Assembly (NCBI GenBank): GCA_002269645.1
Contig: NIVC01005010.1
Span: 1-28,620, forward strand
DNA length: 28,620 bases
Source of the DNA: Macrostomum lignano
Lineage: Eukaryota
Reading direction: 5' to 3'
Of the stretch, positions 1 to 10,092 are shown piece after piece. The notes beneath the pieces were generated by a model. That model saw nothing but the letters and a program-made list of their open reading frames with translations. It was not told the DNA's origin and ran no database searches. The position numbers and the translations under genes were made by a program. Each line of letters starts with the position of its first letter. The first letter of the stretch is position 1.

Positions 1-9
1 TAGGGTTAG
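1..9 (+). repeat. End of an interstitial telomeric tract
   Basis: TAGGGTTAG followed by the same palindrome as in the other units. Confidence 0.85.
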
Positions 10-13
10 AGTT

Positions 14-29
14 ACACACAGCTGCGTGT
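14..29 (-). other. 16-bp imperfect palindrome ACACACAGCTGCGTGT abutting the telomeric tract
   Basis: Also at 16903-16918, 20796-20811 and in the other short units; variant ACGCACAGCTTCGTGT in most long units. Confidence 0.8.
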
Positions 30-870
30 TGAAAGGCACCAATAATAAAATGAACTATTTAAAGCAACAGATTGCGGCAATCGATTTCTCAGTCAGCCAG
101 TATCAGTCTCAGTTCAAGTTAGCAAAATGATTGCGCAATTTAAATCAACCCATCCAATACACAAGGACCGCCCCCCCCTTCCAATACGCAGTGGCAAGTA
201 GACGTTTGAACCCCAACTTTATCTCTGACCTGTCGCAAAATAAGTACAATCTTTGCAAAAGTATGGAAATAGTTTTTGAATGCTGTATTTTAGTTATTTC
301 ATATTTAAATCAAACAACTTATATCCCGAACTCAGCGCTGCAAGCTCTTTCCAGCAATAAAAGTCTCGTCTCTCAAAGTTCAAAAATCGAGCAACAGTTA
401 GCGTTTGAAACTTTCTGATTTAAAGCATTGAAATATCGAGTGTACGTTCACTGCCTGCAGCAGAGGGAGGCTCGCAAGTTTATTCATTGAATTTAACTGT
501 CCAAAACTACACAGGGCAGCCTATTGAAAATCAGAACACAATTCGTTGCGCAATTGTCTATCTATACAATCAGCCAGTGAGCTAGGGTCCGATTGTACAC
601 ACGCAGCCACTGAGAATGCGACCATCCCCCCACTGGAGAGAAAATACACTGTAGAGATAGGGACAGTTGTGGCGCAATCACTGAAATTCATGCAAATTTT
701 CAGCTCCAAGCAGAAAGAGGGGACAATTAAGATTATCAAAGGTCAAGACGAGTTTTCTGCTTTTTTGAGGATCTTAGAAATTAAAATTTCAGAATTAAAA
801 TAGCCTATAGCCGACCTCGGATAATTTCCAATCTTCCCATATAAGTTTCAACGCTGAGTTGGCACTATTC

Positions 871-988
871 AAGGAGGAGTTGTCGAAATGACAGACACAC
901 AGACACAGACAAACAACACGTCAACTTTAGTATATATAGAAGACAAACAACACGTCAACTTTAGTATATACGAGTGGAACTCCTCCTT
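871..988. other. 11-bp inverted repeat AAGGAGGAGTT (871-881) / AACTCCTCCTT (978-988) bracketing the unit junction
   Basis: Exact reverse complements; also at 3673-3683/3752-3762 and the other junctions (10-bp core where B is type 2). Confidence 0.85.
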
Positions 989-996
989 CGGAGGAG
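971..996 (-). other. Helitron-type 3' end: hairpin CTCCTCC-GAA-GGAGGAG + TTCCA + CTCG
   Basis: Perfect 7-bp stem at 980-996, ending 9 nt before the junction; repeated at all 12 junctions (one stem mismatch in U8-U11). Confidence 0.7.
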
Positions 997-1130
997 AAAG
1001 GGGAAGAACTCCCATCACCGGAATTCTATTCCCTGAAATATCCATCAACTGAAATTCCATGTCTTTAACCCTATCTTCCAAATCGTCTCCAAATTCTTTA
1101 CAAAATCTTTCAAAGACCATAGCTCAAAGA

Positions 1131-2247
1131 CTCTTACGTCTCTCATATCTACTCTCTCCTCTCTTCGCTATTATCGTGACTCGCTTCTCTCTCCTCTCTC
1201 TCATCTCATCTCTACCCCTACTCTCTTATTTATCTCTACTCCCTTATTTATCTCTTCTCCCTCGTCTTTCGTCTGTACCCTATCCTGTCTACTCTCCTAT
1301 CTTCTATCTTATCTCTCCCCTTTTCTCTCCTCTCTCATATCTAATCTCTAATCACTTATCTATCGTCTCCGCTCTACTTTCTCTCTTCTTTTTTCTCTCT
1401 TCTCTCTGCTCTCATTTCTCGTATCTCTTATACGCTCTCACCCTCTCCTTTCTTATCTCCCATCTTTCTTCCCTCCTTTCTACTGCATCACCTGTCTCCT
1501 CTCTTCTCTTTTCTCTCCTCTCCATTCTCTCTTCTCTACTCTCATCTCCCCTCATCTCTTCTCTAATCTCTAATCTCTTCTCTCTCTTATTTTCTCACTC
1601 ATCTCTTTTCTCATTGCATCTCTCATCTCTCCTCTCTCTCTCTCCTCTCATCTGTACTATCTTTTTTATCTCTTCTCCCAGGTCTTTCAAATTTACTCTC
1701 TCCTGTCTCCTCTCTCCCCTCGTCTTTCCTCTCTCATATCTCTTCTCTACTCACTTATATATTCTCTCTCCTCTGCTCCCCTTTTACACTTTCCTATATG
1801 CTCTCACTCTCACCCTCCCCTTTCTTATCTGCTGTTTTTACACTCCTTTCTACCACCTGTCTCCTCTCGTTTCTCTCCTCTCTGCACTCTCATCTTTACC
1901 CTCTTCTTTCTCCTCACTACTTTCTTCTCTTAAATCTCTGATCTCTGATCTTTCATCTCTCTCCTCTCACCTCTCACCTCTCTCCTCTCTTTCCTCTCTT
2001 CTATTGCCTCTGTACGCTCTTGTCCCTCCTTTCTTCTCCATCCTGTCTCCTCTCTGCAATCTCATATCTCCTCTCTCATATCCTCTCCCTTCATCTCCTC
2101 TCTCCTCTTCTCTTCTCTCTCCTTCGTTCCCGCCTTACTTTCCTCTTCTCTCCCATCTGTCATGTCTAATCTCTCCACTCATTTCTACTCTGTTTTCTAT
2201 CATCTCATCTCTCTTCTCTTTTCATTCTTCTCTTTACTCTCTTCTCT
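1131..2247. repeat. Degenerate polypyrimidine (CT-rich) low-complexity tract, U1
   Basis: Mostly C/T with scattered A and rare G on the plus strand. Confidence 0.95.
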
Positions 2248-2267
2248 GACTGATTGAAGATGCCAAA

Positions 2268-2760
2268 TCCATCAAGATCCTCTCCGCGAAGCAGAAATCC
2301 TGTCCGTGCAACTGAAAACCATCGAAATCCTCTCCGTGAAACTGGACTCCTTCGAAATCCTCTCCTTGAAACTTAAATCCATCAAAATCGTCTCCATAAA
2401 ACAGAAATCAATCATAAATTATCTCCGCGAAACAGAAATCCTCTCCGTGAAGCTGAACATAATCGAAATCCTCTCCGTGAAACTGAACACCTTCGAAATC
2501 CTCTCCGTGAAACTGAACACCTTCGAAATCCTCTCCTTGAAACTTAAATCTATCAAAATCGTCTCCATAAAGCAGAAATCAATCATAAATTTAACTCCGC
2601 GAAACAGAAATCCTCTCCGTGAAGCTGAACATCATCAAAATCCTCTCCGTGAAACTGAGCACCATCGAAATCCTCTCCACGAAACAGAAATCCTCTTTGT
2701 CAAAATTAAAACATTGAAATCGTCTCCGCTAAACTGGACTCAATCAATTTTTTCCGTCAA
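2268..2760. repeat. Degenerate minisatellite; 30-bp unit GAAATCCTCTCCGTGAAACTGAACACCATC with 20-bp variant GAAATCCTCTCCRCGAAACA
   Basis: Read directly. Present immediately left of the TTAGGG tract in every complete unit (about 4605, 7707, 10824, 14221, 16663, 19201, 20606, 21836, 23071, 24295, 26292). Confidence 0.9.
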
Positions 2761-2786
2761 ACAACTCAACTCTCCGGATTCATTGG

Positions 2787-2808
2787 TTAGGGTTAGGGTT
2801 AGGGTTAG
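2787..2808 (+). repeat. Interstitial (TTAGGG)3 TTAG
   Basis: Read directly. Confidence 0.95.
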
Positions 2809-3904
2809 AACTACGCACAGCTTCGTGTTAAAAGGCACTGATAAACTATTGAACTAATTGAATCAATTCATTGCGCAACCGATTTCACAGTCAGTCAGTA
2901 TCAGTCTCAGTTAAAGTTAACAAAAACATTGCGCAATCTAAATCAACCCTCCAATACAAAGCAACTGACCCCCTTCCTATACACAGCGCCAGTTGGAAGT
3001 CGAAACCCCCAACTTTATCTCTCACCTCTCGCCAAAATGAGTACAATCTTTGCAGAAAGTTTAAAGTATGGAAATAGTTTTTGCAATGCAGAGCTTTTAG
3101 TTTTCATATTTGAAGCAAACAATTTATATCCCTGAAATCAGCTTTGCAAGTTCTTTCCAGCAATATAAATTTTTTCTCTCAAAGTTAAAAACTCGAGCAA
3201 CAGTTTGCGTTTGAAACTTTCTGATTTAAAGCATTGAAATATCGATTGTACGTTCACTGCCTGCTAAAGAGGCCCGCAAGTTTATGCATTGAATTTCAAC
3301 GTTCAACAAAATCACAGGGCTGCCTATTGAAAATTAGAACACAAATCTTTGCGCAATTGTCTATACAGTCAGCCAGTGAGCCAGGGTCCGATTGTACACA
3401 GGCAGCCATTTAGAACGCCCCATCCCCCCACTGGAGAGAAAATACACTGCAGAGATAGGGAAAAGTTGTGGCGCAATCACTTGAAATTCATGCAAATTTT
3501 CAGCTCCAAGCAGAAAGAGGGGACAATTAAGATTATCAAAGGTCAAGACCGCCGTTTTCTGCTTTTTTGAGGATTTTAGAAATTAAAATTTCAGAATTAA
3601 AATAGCCTATAGCCGACCTCGGATAATTTCCAATCTTCCCATATAAGTTTCAACGCTGAGTTGCCACTATTCAAGGAGGAGTTGTCGAAATGACAGACAG
3701 ACACACAGACAGACAGACAAACAACGCGTCAACTTTAGTATATACGAGTGGAACTCCTCCTTCGGAGGAGAAAGGGGAAGAACTCCCATCACCGGAATTC
3801 TATTCCCTGAAATATCCATCAACTGAAATTCCATGTCTTTAACCCTATCTTCCAAATCGTCTCCAAATTCTTTACAAAATCTTTCAAAGACCATAGCTCA
3901 AAGA

Positions 3905-4582
3905 CTCTCAAGTCTCTCATATCTCCTCTCTCCTCTCTCTCATCTCATCTCTACCCCTGCTCCCTTATTTATCTCTTCTCCCTCGTCTTTCGTCTGTACC
4001 TTCTCCTGTCTTCTGTCTCCTCTCTTCACTCTTATCTCTCCCTCTTCTCTCCTCTCTCATATGTCATCTCTACTCACTTATCTATCGTCTCTCTTAACCC
4101 TCTCTCTCTCTTCTCTTTTCTCTTCTCTCTGCTCTCATTTCTCATATTTCATATACGCTCTGACACTACTTTCTTGTCTCCCATCTTTCTTCCTCCTTTT
4201 CACTATCCCCTGTCTCTTCTCTTCTCTCTTTTCTATTCTCTCCATTCTCTCTTTTCTCTTTCCTTGCTCCTTTCATCTCTCTCCTCTCTCCTCTCTCTCC
4301 TCTCATCTTTACTACCTTATTTATATCTTCTCCTAGTCTTTCGTCTGTACTCTCTCCTGTCTCCTCTCTCCCCTGCTCTCTCATCCCTCATCTCCTCATC
4401 TCACTCTTTCTTTCTCCTCTACTCTCCCCTCTCTTATATTGCCTCTGTACGCTCTTATCCCTCATCTATTCTCTCTCCTATCATCTCCAATCTGTCATGT
4501 CTAATCTCTCCACTCAATTATACTCTGTTTTCTATCATCTCTTCTCTCTTCTCTTTTCAGTCTTCTCTTTACTCTCTTCTCT
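3905..4582. repeat. CT-rich tract, U2
   Basis: As in U1. Confidence 0.95.
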
Positions 4583-4604
4583 GACTGATTGAAGATGCCA
4601 AATC

Positions 4605-4950
4605 CATCAAGATCCTCTCCGCGAAGCAAAAATCCTGTCTGTGCAACTAAAAACCATCGAAATCCTCTCAGTGAAACTGGACTCCTTCGAAATCCTCTCC
4701 TTGAAACTTAAATCCATCAAAATTGTTTCCATAAAACAGAAATCAATCATAAATTATCTCCGCGAAACAGAAAGCCTCTCCGTGAAGCTGAACATGATCG
4801 AAATCCTCTCCGTGAAACTGAACACCATGGAAATCCTTTCGTGAAACTGAACATCATCGAAATCCTCTCCACGAAACAGAAATCTTCTCCGTCAGAATTT
4901 AAACATTGAAATCGTCTCCGTTAAACTTGACTTAATCGAATTTTTTCCGT
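4605..4950. repeat. Same minisatellite, U2 copy
   Basis: Repeated GAAATCCTCTCCGTGAAAC core. Confidence 0.85.
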
Positions 4951-4975
4951 CAAACAACTTAACTCGCCAGATTCA

Positions 4976-5009
4976 TTAGGGTTAGGGTTAGGGTTAGGGT
5001 TAGGGTTAG
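4976..5009 (+). repeat. Interstitial (TTAGGG)5 TTAG
   Basis: Read directly. Confidence 0.95.
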
Positions 5010-6426
5010 AACTACGCACAGCTTCGTGTTAAAAGGCACAGATAAAAATATTGAACTAATTGAATCAATTCATTGCGCAACCGATTTCACAGTCAGTATC
5101 AGTCTCAGTTAAATTTAACCAAAAGATTGCGCAATTTAAATCAACCCTCCAGTACACAGAGACCGACCCCTTTTCAATACGCTGTGGCAGTTAGAAATTG
5201 AACCCCATCTGTTGGGGGCATTGAACCAAAAAATGAGTACAATCTTTGCAGAAAGCTAAAAGTATGGAAATAGTTTTTTTGATGCTGCTCTTTTAGTCTT
5301 TATATTGAAAGCTAACAATTTATATCCTCGAACTCAGCGTTGCAAGATCTTTTCAGCAGTATAAGTCTCTTCTCTTAAAGTTTAGAACTCGAAGAGCAGT
5401 TAGCGTTTGAAAGTTTCCGTTTTAAAGCATTAAAATATCGAGTGTACGTTCACTGCCTGCCAAAGAGGCTCGCAAGTTGATTCATTCACTACACAGGCCG
5501 GCTATTACACAGGGCAGCGTATTGAAAGGCACAGATAATAAAACAAATTGATGGTGCAACCGATTTCACAGTCAGTCAGTATCAGTCTCAGTTAAAGTTA
5601 ACAAAAACATTGCGCAATCTAAATCAACCCTCCAATACACAGCAGCAGTGAGAAGTTGAACCCTCCCCCAACTTTATCTATTACGTCTCGCAAAACTGAG
5701 CACAATTTTTGCAGAAAGTTAAAAGCATGGAAATAGTTTTTTCAATGCTGTGCTTTTTCTTTTTATATTTAAAGCAAACAACTTATATCCCGAACTCAGC
5801 GTTGCAAGATCTTTCCAGCAATATAAGTTTCTCCTCTGAAAGTTTAAAACTCGAGGAACAGTTAGCGTTTGAATTTACCAATTTCCCGACTACTTGCTAG
5901 AGAAGCTCGCAAGTTTATTCATTGAATTTCACTGCCAAACTAATACACAGGGCCGATAATAAAAAATGAACCAATTGAATCAATTGATTGTGCAATATAT
6001 TTCTGTGTTAGTCAGTATCAGTCTCAGTTAAAGTTAACAAACAGATTGCGCAATCTAAATCAACCCTCAAATACACACCGACCGACCTCCTAACTGTTGG
6101 GGGTCGGTCGAACGCCATTGAAATCCTAAAATGAGTACAATCTTTGCAGAAAGTTTAAAGTATGGAAATAGTTTTTGCAATGCAGAGCTTTTAGTTTTCA
6201 TATTTAAAGCAAACAATTTATATCCCTGAAATCAGCTTTGCAAGTTCTTTCCAGCAATATAAATTTTTTCTCTCAAAGTTAAAAACTCGAGCAACAGTTT
6301 GCGTTTGAAACTTTCTGATTTAAAGCATTGAAATATCGATTGTACGTTCACTGCCTGCTAAAGAGGCCCGCAAGTTTATGCATTGAATTTCAAGGTTCAA
6401 CAAAATCACAGGGCTGCCTATTGAAA
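5010..6426. repeat. Nested tandem repeat: three diverged A modules (about 5010-5527, 5528-5954, 5955-6426)
   Basis: Each contains CAGTATCAGTCTCAGTTAAA, ATTGCGCAAT..AAATCAACCCTC, AAAGTATGGAAATAG (one with C for T) and ends ACACAGGGC. Confidence 0.9.
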
Positions 6427-7004
6427 ATTAGAACACAAATCTTTGCGCAATTGTCTATACAGTCAGCCAGTGAGCCAGGGTCCGATTGTACACATGCAGC
6501 CATTTAGAACGCCCCATCCCCCACTGGAGAGAAAATACACTGCAGAGATAGGGAAAAGTTGTGGCGCAATCACTTGAAATTCATGCAAATTTTCAGCTCC
6601 AAGCAGAAAGAGGGGACAATTAAGATTATCAAAGGTCAAGACCGCCGTTTTCTGCTTTTTTGAGGATCTTAGAAATTAAAATTTCAGAATTAAAATAGCC
6701 TATAGCCGACCTCGGATAATTTCCAATCTTCCCATATAAGTTTCAACGCTGAGTTGGCACTATTCAAGGAGGAGTTGTCGAAATGACAGACAGACGTACA
6801 GACAGACATACAGACAGACAAACAACGCGTCAACTTTAGTATATAGAGTGGAACTCCTCCTTCGGAGGAGAAAGGGGAAGAACTCCCATCACCGGAATTC
6901 TATTCCCTGAAATATCCATCAACTGAAATTCCATGTCTTTAACCCTATCTTCCAAATCGTCTCCAAATTCTTTACAAAATCTTTCAAAGACCATAGCTCA
7001 AAGA

Positions 7005-7684
7005 CTCTCAAGTCTCTCATATCTCCTCTCTCCTCTCTCTCATCTCATCTCTACCCCTGCTCCCTTATTTATCTCTTCTCCCTCGTCTTTCGTCTGTACC
7101 TTCTCCTGTCTTCTGTCTCCTCTCTTCACTCTTATCTCTCCCTCTTCTCTCCTCTCTCATATGTCATCTCTACTCACTTATCTATCGTCTCTCTTAACCC
7201 TCTCTCTCTCTTCTCTTTTCTCTTCTCTCTGCTCTCATTTCTCATATTTCATATACGCTCTGACACTACTTTCTTGTCTCCCATCTTTCTTCCTCCTTTT
7301 CACTATCCCCTGTCTCTTCTCTTCTCTCTTTTCTATTCTCTCCATTCTCTCTTTTCTCATTTCCTTGCTCCTTTCATCTCTCTCCTCTCTCCTCACTCTC
7401 CTCTCATCTTTACTACCTTATTTATATCTTCTCCTTAGTCTTTCGTCTGTACTCTCTCCTGTCTCCTCTCTCCCCTGCTCTCTCATCCCTCATCTCCTCA
7501 TCTCACTCTTTCTTTCTCCTCTACTCTCCCCTCTCTTATATTGCCTCTGTACGCTCTTATCCCTCATCTATTCTCTCTCCTATCATCTCCAATCTGTCAT
7601 GTCTAATCTCTCCACTCAATTATACTCTGTTTTCTATCATCTCTTCTCTCTTCTCTTTTCAGTCTTCTCTTTACTCTCTTCTCT
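7005..7684. repeat. CT-rich tract, U3
   Basis: As in U1. Confidence 0.95.
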
Positions 7685-8077
7685 GACTGATTGAAGATGC
7701 CAAATCCATCAAGATCCTCTCCGCGAAGCAAAAATCCTGTCTGTGCAACTAAAAACCATCGAAATCCTCTCAGTGAAACTGGACTCCTTCGAAATCCTCT
7801 CCTTGAAACTTAAATCCATCAAAATTGTTTCCATAAAACAGAAATCAATCATAAATTATCTCCGCGAAACAGAAAGCCTCTCCGTGAAGCTGAACATGAT
7901 CGAAATCCTCTCCGTGAAACTGAACACCATGGAAATCCTTTCGTGAAACTGAACATCATCGAAATCCTCTCCACGAAACAGAAATCTTCTCCGTCAGAAT
8001 TTAAACATTGAAATCGTCTCCGTTAAACTTGACTTAATCGAATTTTTTCCGTCAAACAACTTAACTCGCCAGATTCA

Positions 8078-8111
8078 TTAGGGTTAGGGTTAGGGTTAGG
8101 GTTAGGGTTAG
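8078..8111 (+). repeat. Interstitial (TTAGGG)5 TTAG
   Basis: Read directly. Confidence 0.95.
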
Positions 8112-9531
8112 AACTACGCACAGCTTCGTGTTAAAAGGCACAGATAAAAATATTGAACTAATTGAATCAATTCATTGCGCAACCGATTTCACAGTCAGTA
8201 TCAGTCTCAGTTAAATTTAACCAAAAGATTGCGCAATTTAAATCAACCCTCCAGTACACAGAGACCGACCCCTTTTCAATACGCTGTGGCAGTTAGAAAT
8301 TGAACCCCCATCTGTTGGGGGCATTGAACCAAAAAATGAGTACAATCTTTGCAGAAAGCTAAAAGTATGGAAATAGTTTTTTTGATGCTGCTCTTTTAGT
8401 CTTTATATTGAAAGCTAACAATTTATATCCTCGAACTCAGCGTTGCAAGATCTTTTCAGCAGTATAAGTCTCTTCTCTTAAAGTTTAGAACTCGAAGAGC
8501 AGTTAGCGTTTGAAAGTTTCCGTTTTAAAGCATTAAAATATCGAGTGTACGTTCACTGCCTGCCAAAGAGGCTCGCAAGTTGATTCATTCACTACACAGG
8601 CCGGCTATTACACAGGGCAGCGTATTGAAAGGCACAGATAATAAAACAAATTGATGGTGCAACCGATTTCACAGTCAGTCAGTATCAGTCTCAGTTAAAG
8701 TTAACAAAAACATTGCGCAATCTAAATCAACCCTCCAATACACAGCAGCAGTGAGAAGTTGAACCCTCCCCCAACTTTATCTATTACGTCTCGCAAAACT
8801 GAGCACAATTTTTGCAGAAAGTTAAAAGCATGGAAATAGTTTTTTCAATGCTGTGCTTTTTCTTTTTATATTTAAAGCAAACAACTTATATCCCCGAACT
8901 CAGCGTTGCAAGATCTTTCCAGCAATATAAGTTTCTCCTCTGAAAGTTTAAAACTCGAGGAACAGTTAGCGTTTGAATTTACCAATTTCCCGACTACTTG
9001 CTAGAGAAGCTCGCAAGTTTATTCATTGAATTTCACTGCCAAACTAATACACAGGGCCGATAATAAAAAATGAACCAATTGAATCAATTGATTGTGCAAT
9101 ATAATTCTGTGTTAGTCAGTATCAGTCTCAGTTAAAGTTAACAAACAGATTGCGCAATCTAAATCAACCCTCAAATACACACCGACCGACCTCCTAACTG
9201 TTGGGGGGTCGGTCGAACGCCATTGAAATCCTAAAATGAGTACAATCTTTGCAGAAAGTTTAAAGTATGGAAATAGTTTTTGCAATGCAGAGCTTTTAGT
9301 TTTCATATTTAAAGCAAACAATTTATATCCCTGAAATCAGCTTTGCAAGTTCTTTCCAGCAATATAAATTTTTTCTCTCAAAGTTAAAAACTCGAGCAAC
9401 AGTTTGCGTTTGAAACTTTCTGATTTAAAGCATTGAAATATCGATTGTACGTTCACTGCCTGCTAAAGAGGCCCGCAAGTTTATGCATTGAATTTCAAGG
9501 TTCAACAAAATCACAGGGCTGCCTATTGAAA
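8112..9531. repeat. Three A modules, U3
   Basis: As in U2. Confidence 0.9.
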
Positions 9532-10092
9532 ATTAGAACACAAATCTTTGCGCAATTGTCTATACAGTCAGCCAGTGAGCCAGGGTCCGTGTACACACGC
9601 AGCCATTTAGAACGCCCCATCCCCCACTGGAGAGAAAATACACTGCAGAGATAGGGAAAAGTTGTGGCGCAATCACTTGAAATTCATGCAAATTTTCAGC
9701 TCCAAGCAGAAAGAGGGGACAATTAAGATTATCAAAGGTCAAGACCGCCGTTTTCTGCTTTTTTGAGGATCTTAGAAATTAAAATTTCAGAATTAAAATA
9801 GCCTATAGCCGACCTCGGATAATTTCCAATCTTCCCATATAAGTTTCAACGCTGAGTTGGCACTATTCAAGGAGGAGTTGTCGAAATGACAGACAGACAG
9901 ACAGACAAACAACGCGTCAACTTTAGTATATACGAGTGGAACTCCTCCTTCGGAGGAGAAAGGGGAAGAACTCCCATCACCGGAATTCTATTCCCTGAAA
10001 TATCCATCAACTGAAATTCCATGTCTTTAACCCTATCTTCCAAATCGTCTCCAAATTCTTTACAAAATCTTTCAAAGACCATAGCTCAAAGA

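Larger units (their letters stand above)
1..970 (-). mobile_element. Unit U0 (partial): telomeric tract end, one A module, B module, CAGA microsatellite, duplicated 5' terminus
   Basis: Homologous to the right-hand part of the other units; truncated by the window edge. Confidence 0.65.
971..3744 (-). mobile_element. Unit U1, non-autonomous Helitron-like, 2774 bp (long CT tract, 1 A module)
   Basis: Minus strand starts TATATACTAAAG and ends hairpin+TTCCACTCG; no coding capacity. Confidence 0.7.
3745..6845 (-). mobile_element. Unit U2, Helitron-like, about 3.1 kb (3 A modules)
   Basis: Same termini; near-identical to U3 and U4. Confidence 0.7.
6846..9932 (-). mobile_element. Unit U3, Helitron-like, about 3.1 kb (3 A modules)
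   Basis: Near-identical to U2 and U4. Confidence 0.7.

Noticed and set aside
689-696. Octamer ATGCAAAT in type-1 B modules
   Set aside because: A single short motif, mutated in most type-2 B copies, with no snRNA gene or PSE recognisable nearby.
869-1120. Recurrent minus-strand ORF MVFERFCKEFGDD...
   Set aside because: It crosses the hairpin, the variable junction and the microsatellite; C-termini differ per unit; no recognisable domain. No Rep/HUH or PIF1 helicase motif was seen anywhere in the window.
1059-2249. Long Ser/Leu-rich ORF (396 aa) and paralogues at 3833, 6933, 10021, 13162, 18393, 25488
   Set aside because: Pyrimidine-rich DNA rarely makes stop codons. Lengths range from 87 to 396 aa through frameshifts between near-identical units, so the frame is not maintained.
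2268-2760. CRISPR-like periodicity of ~30-bp repeats
   Set aside because: The repeats are contiguous and degenerate, with no unique spacers and no cas genes, in a eukaryotic context.
2306-2857. Repetitive EILSVKLNT ORF
   Set aside because: It is the translation of the 30-bp minisatellite, has a non-ATG start, and is broken by 20-bp variants in other units.
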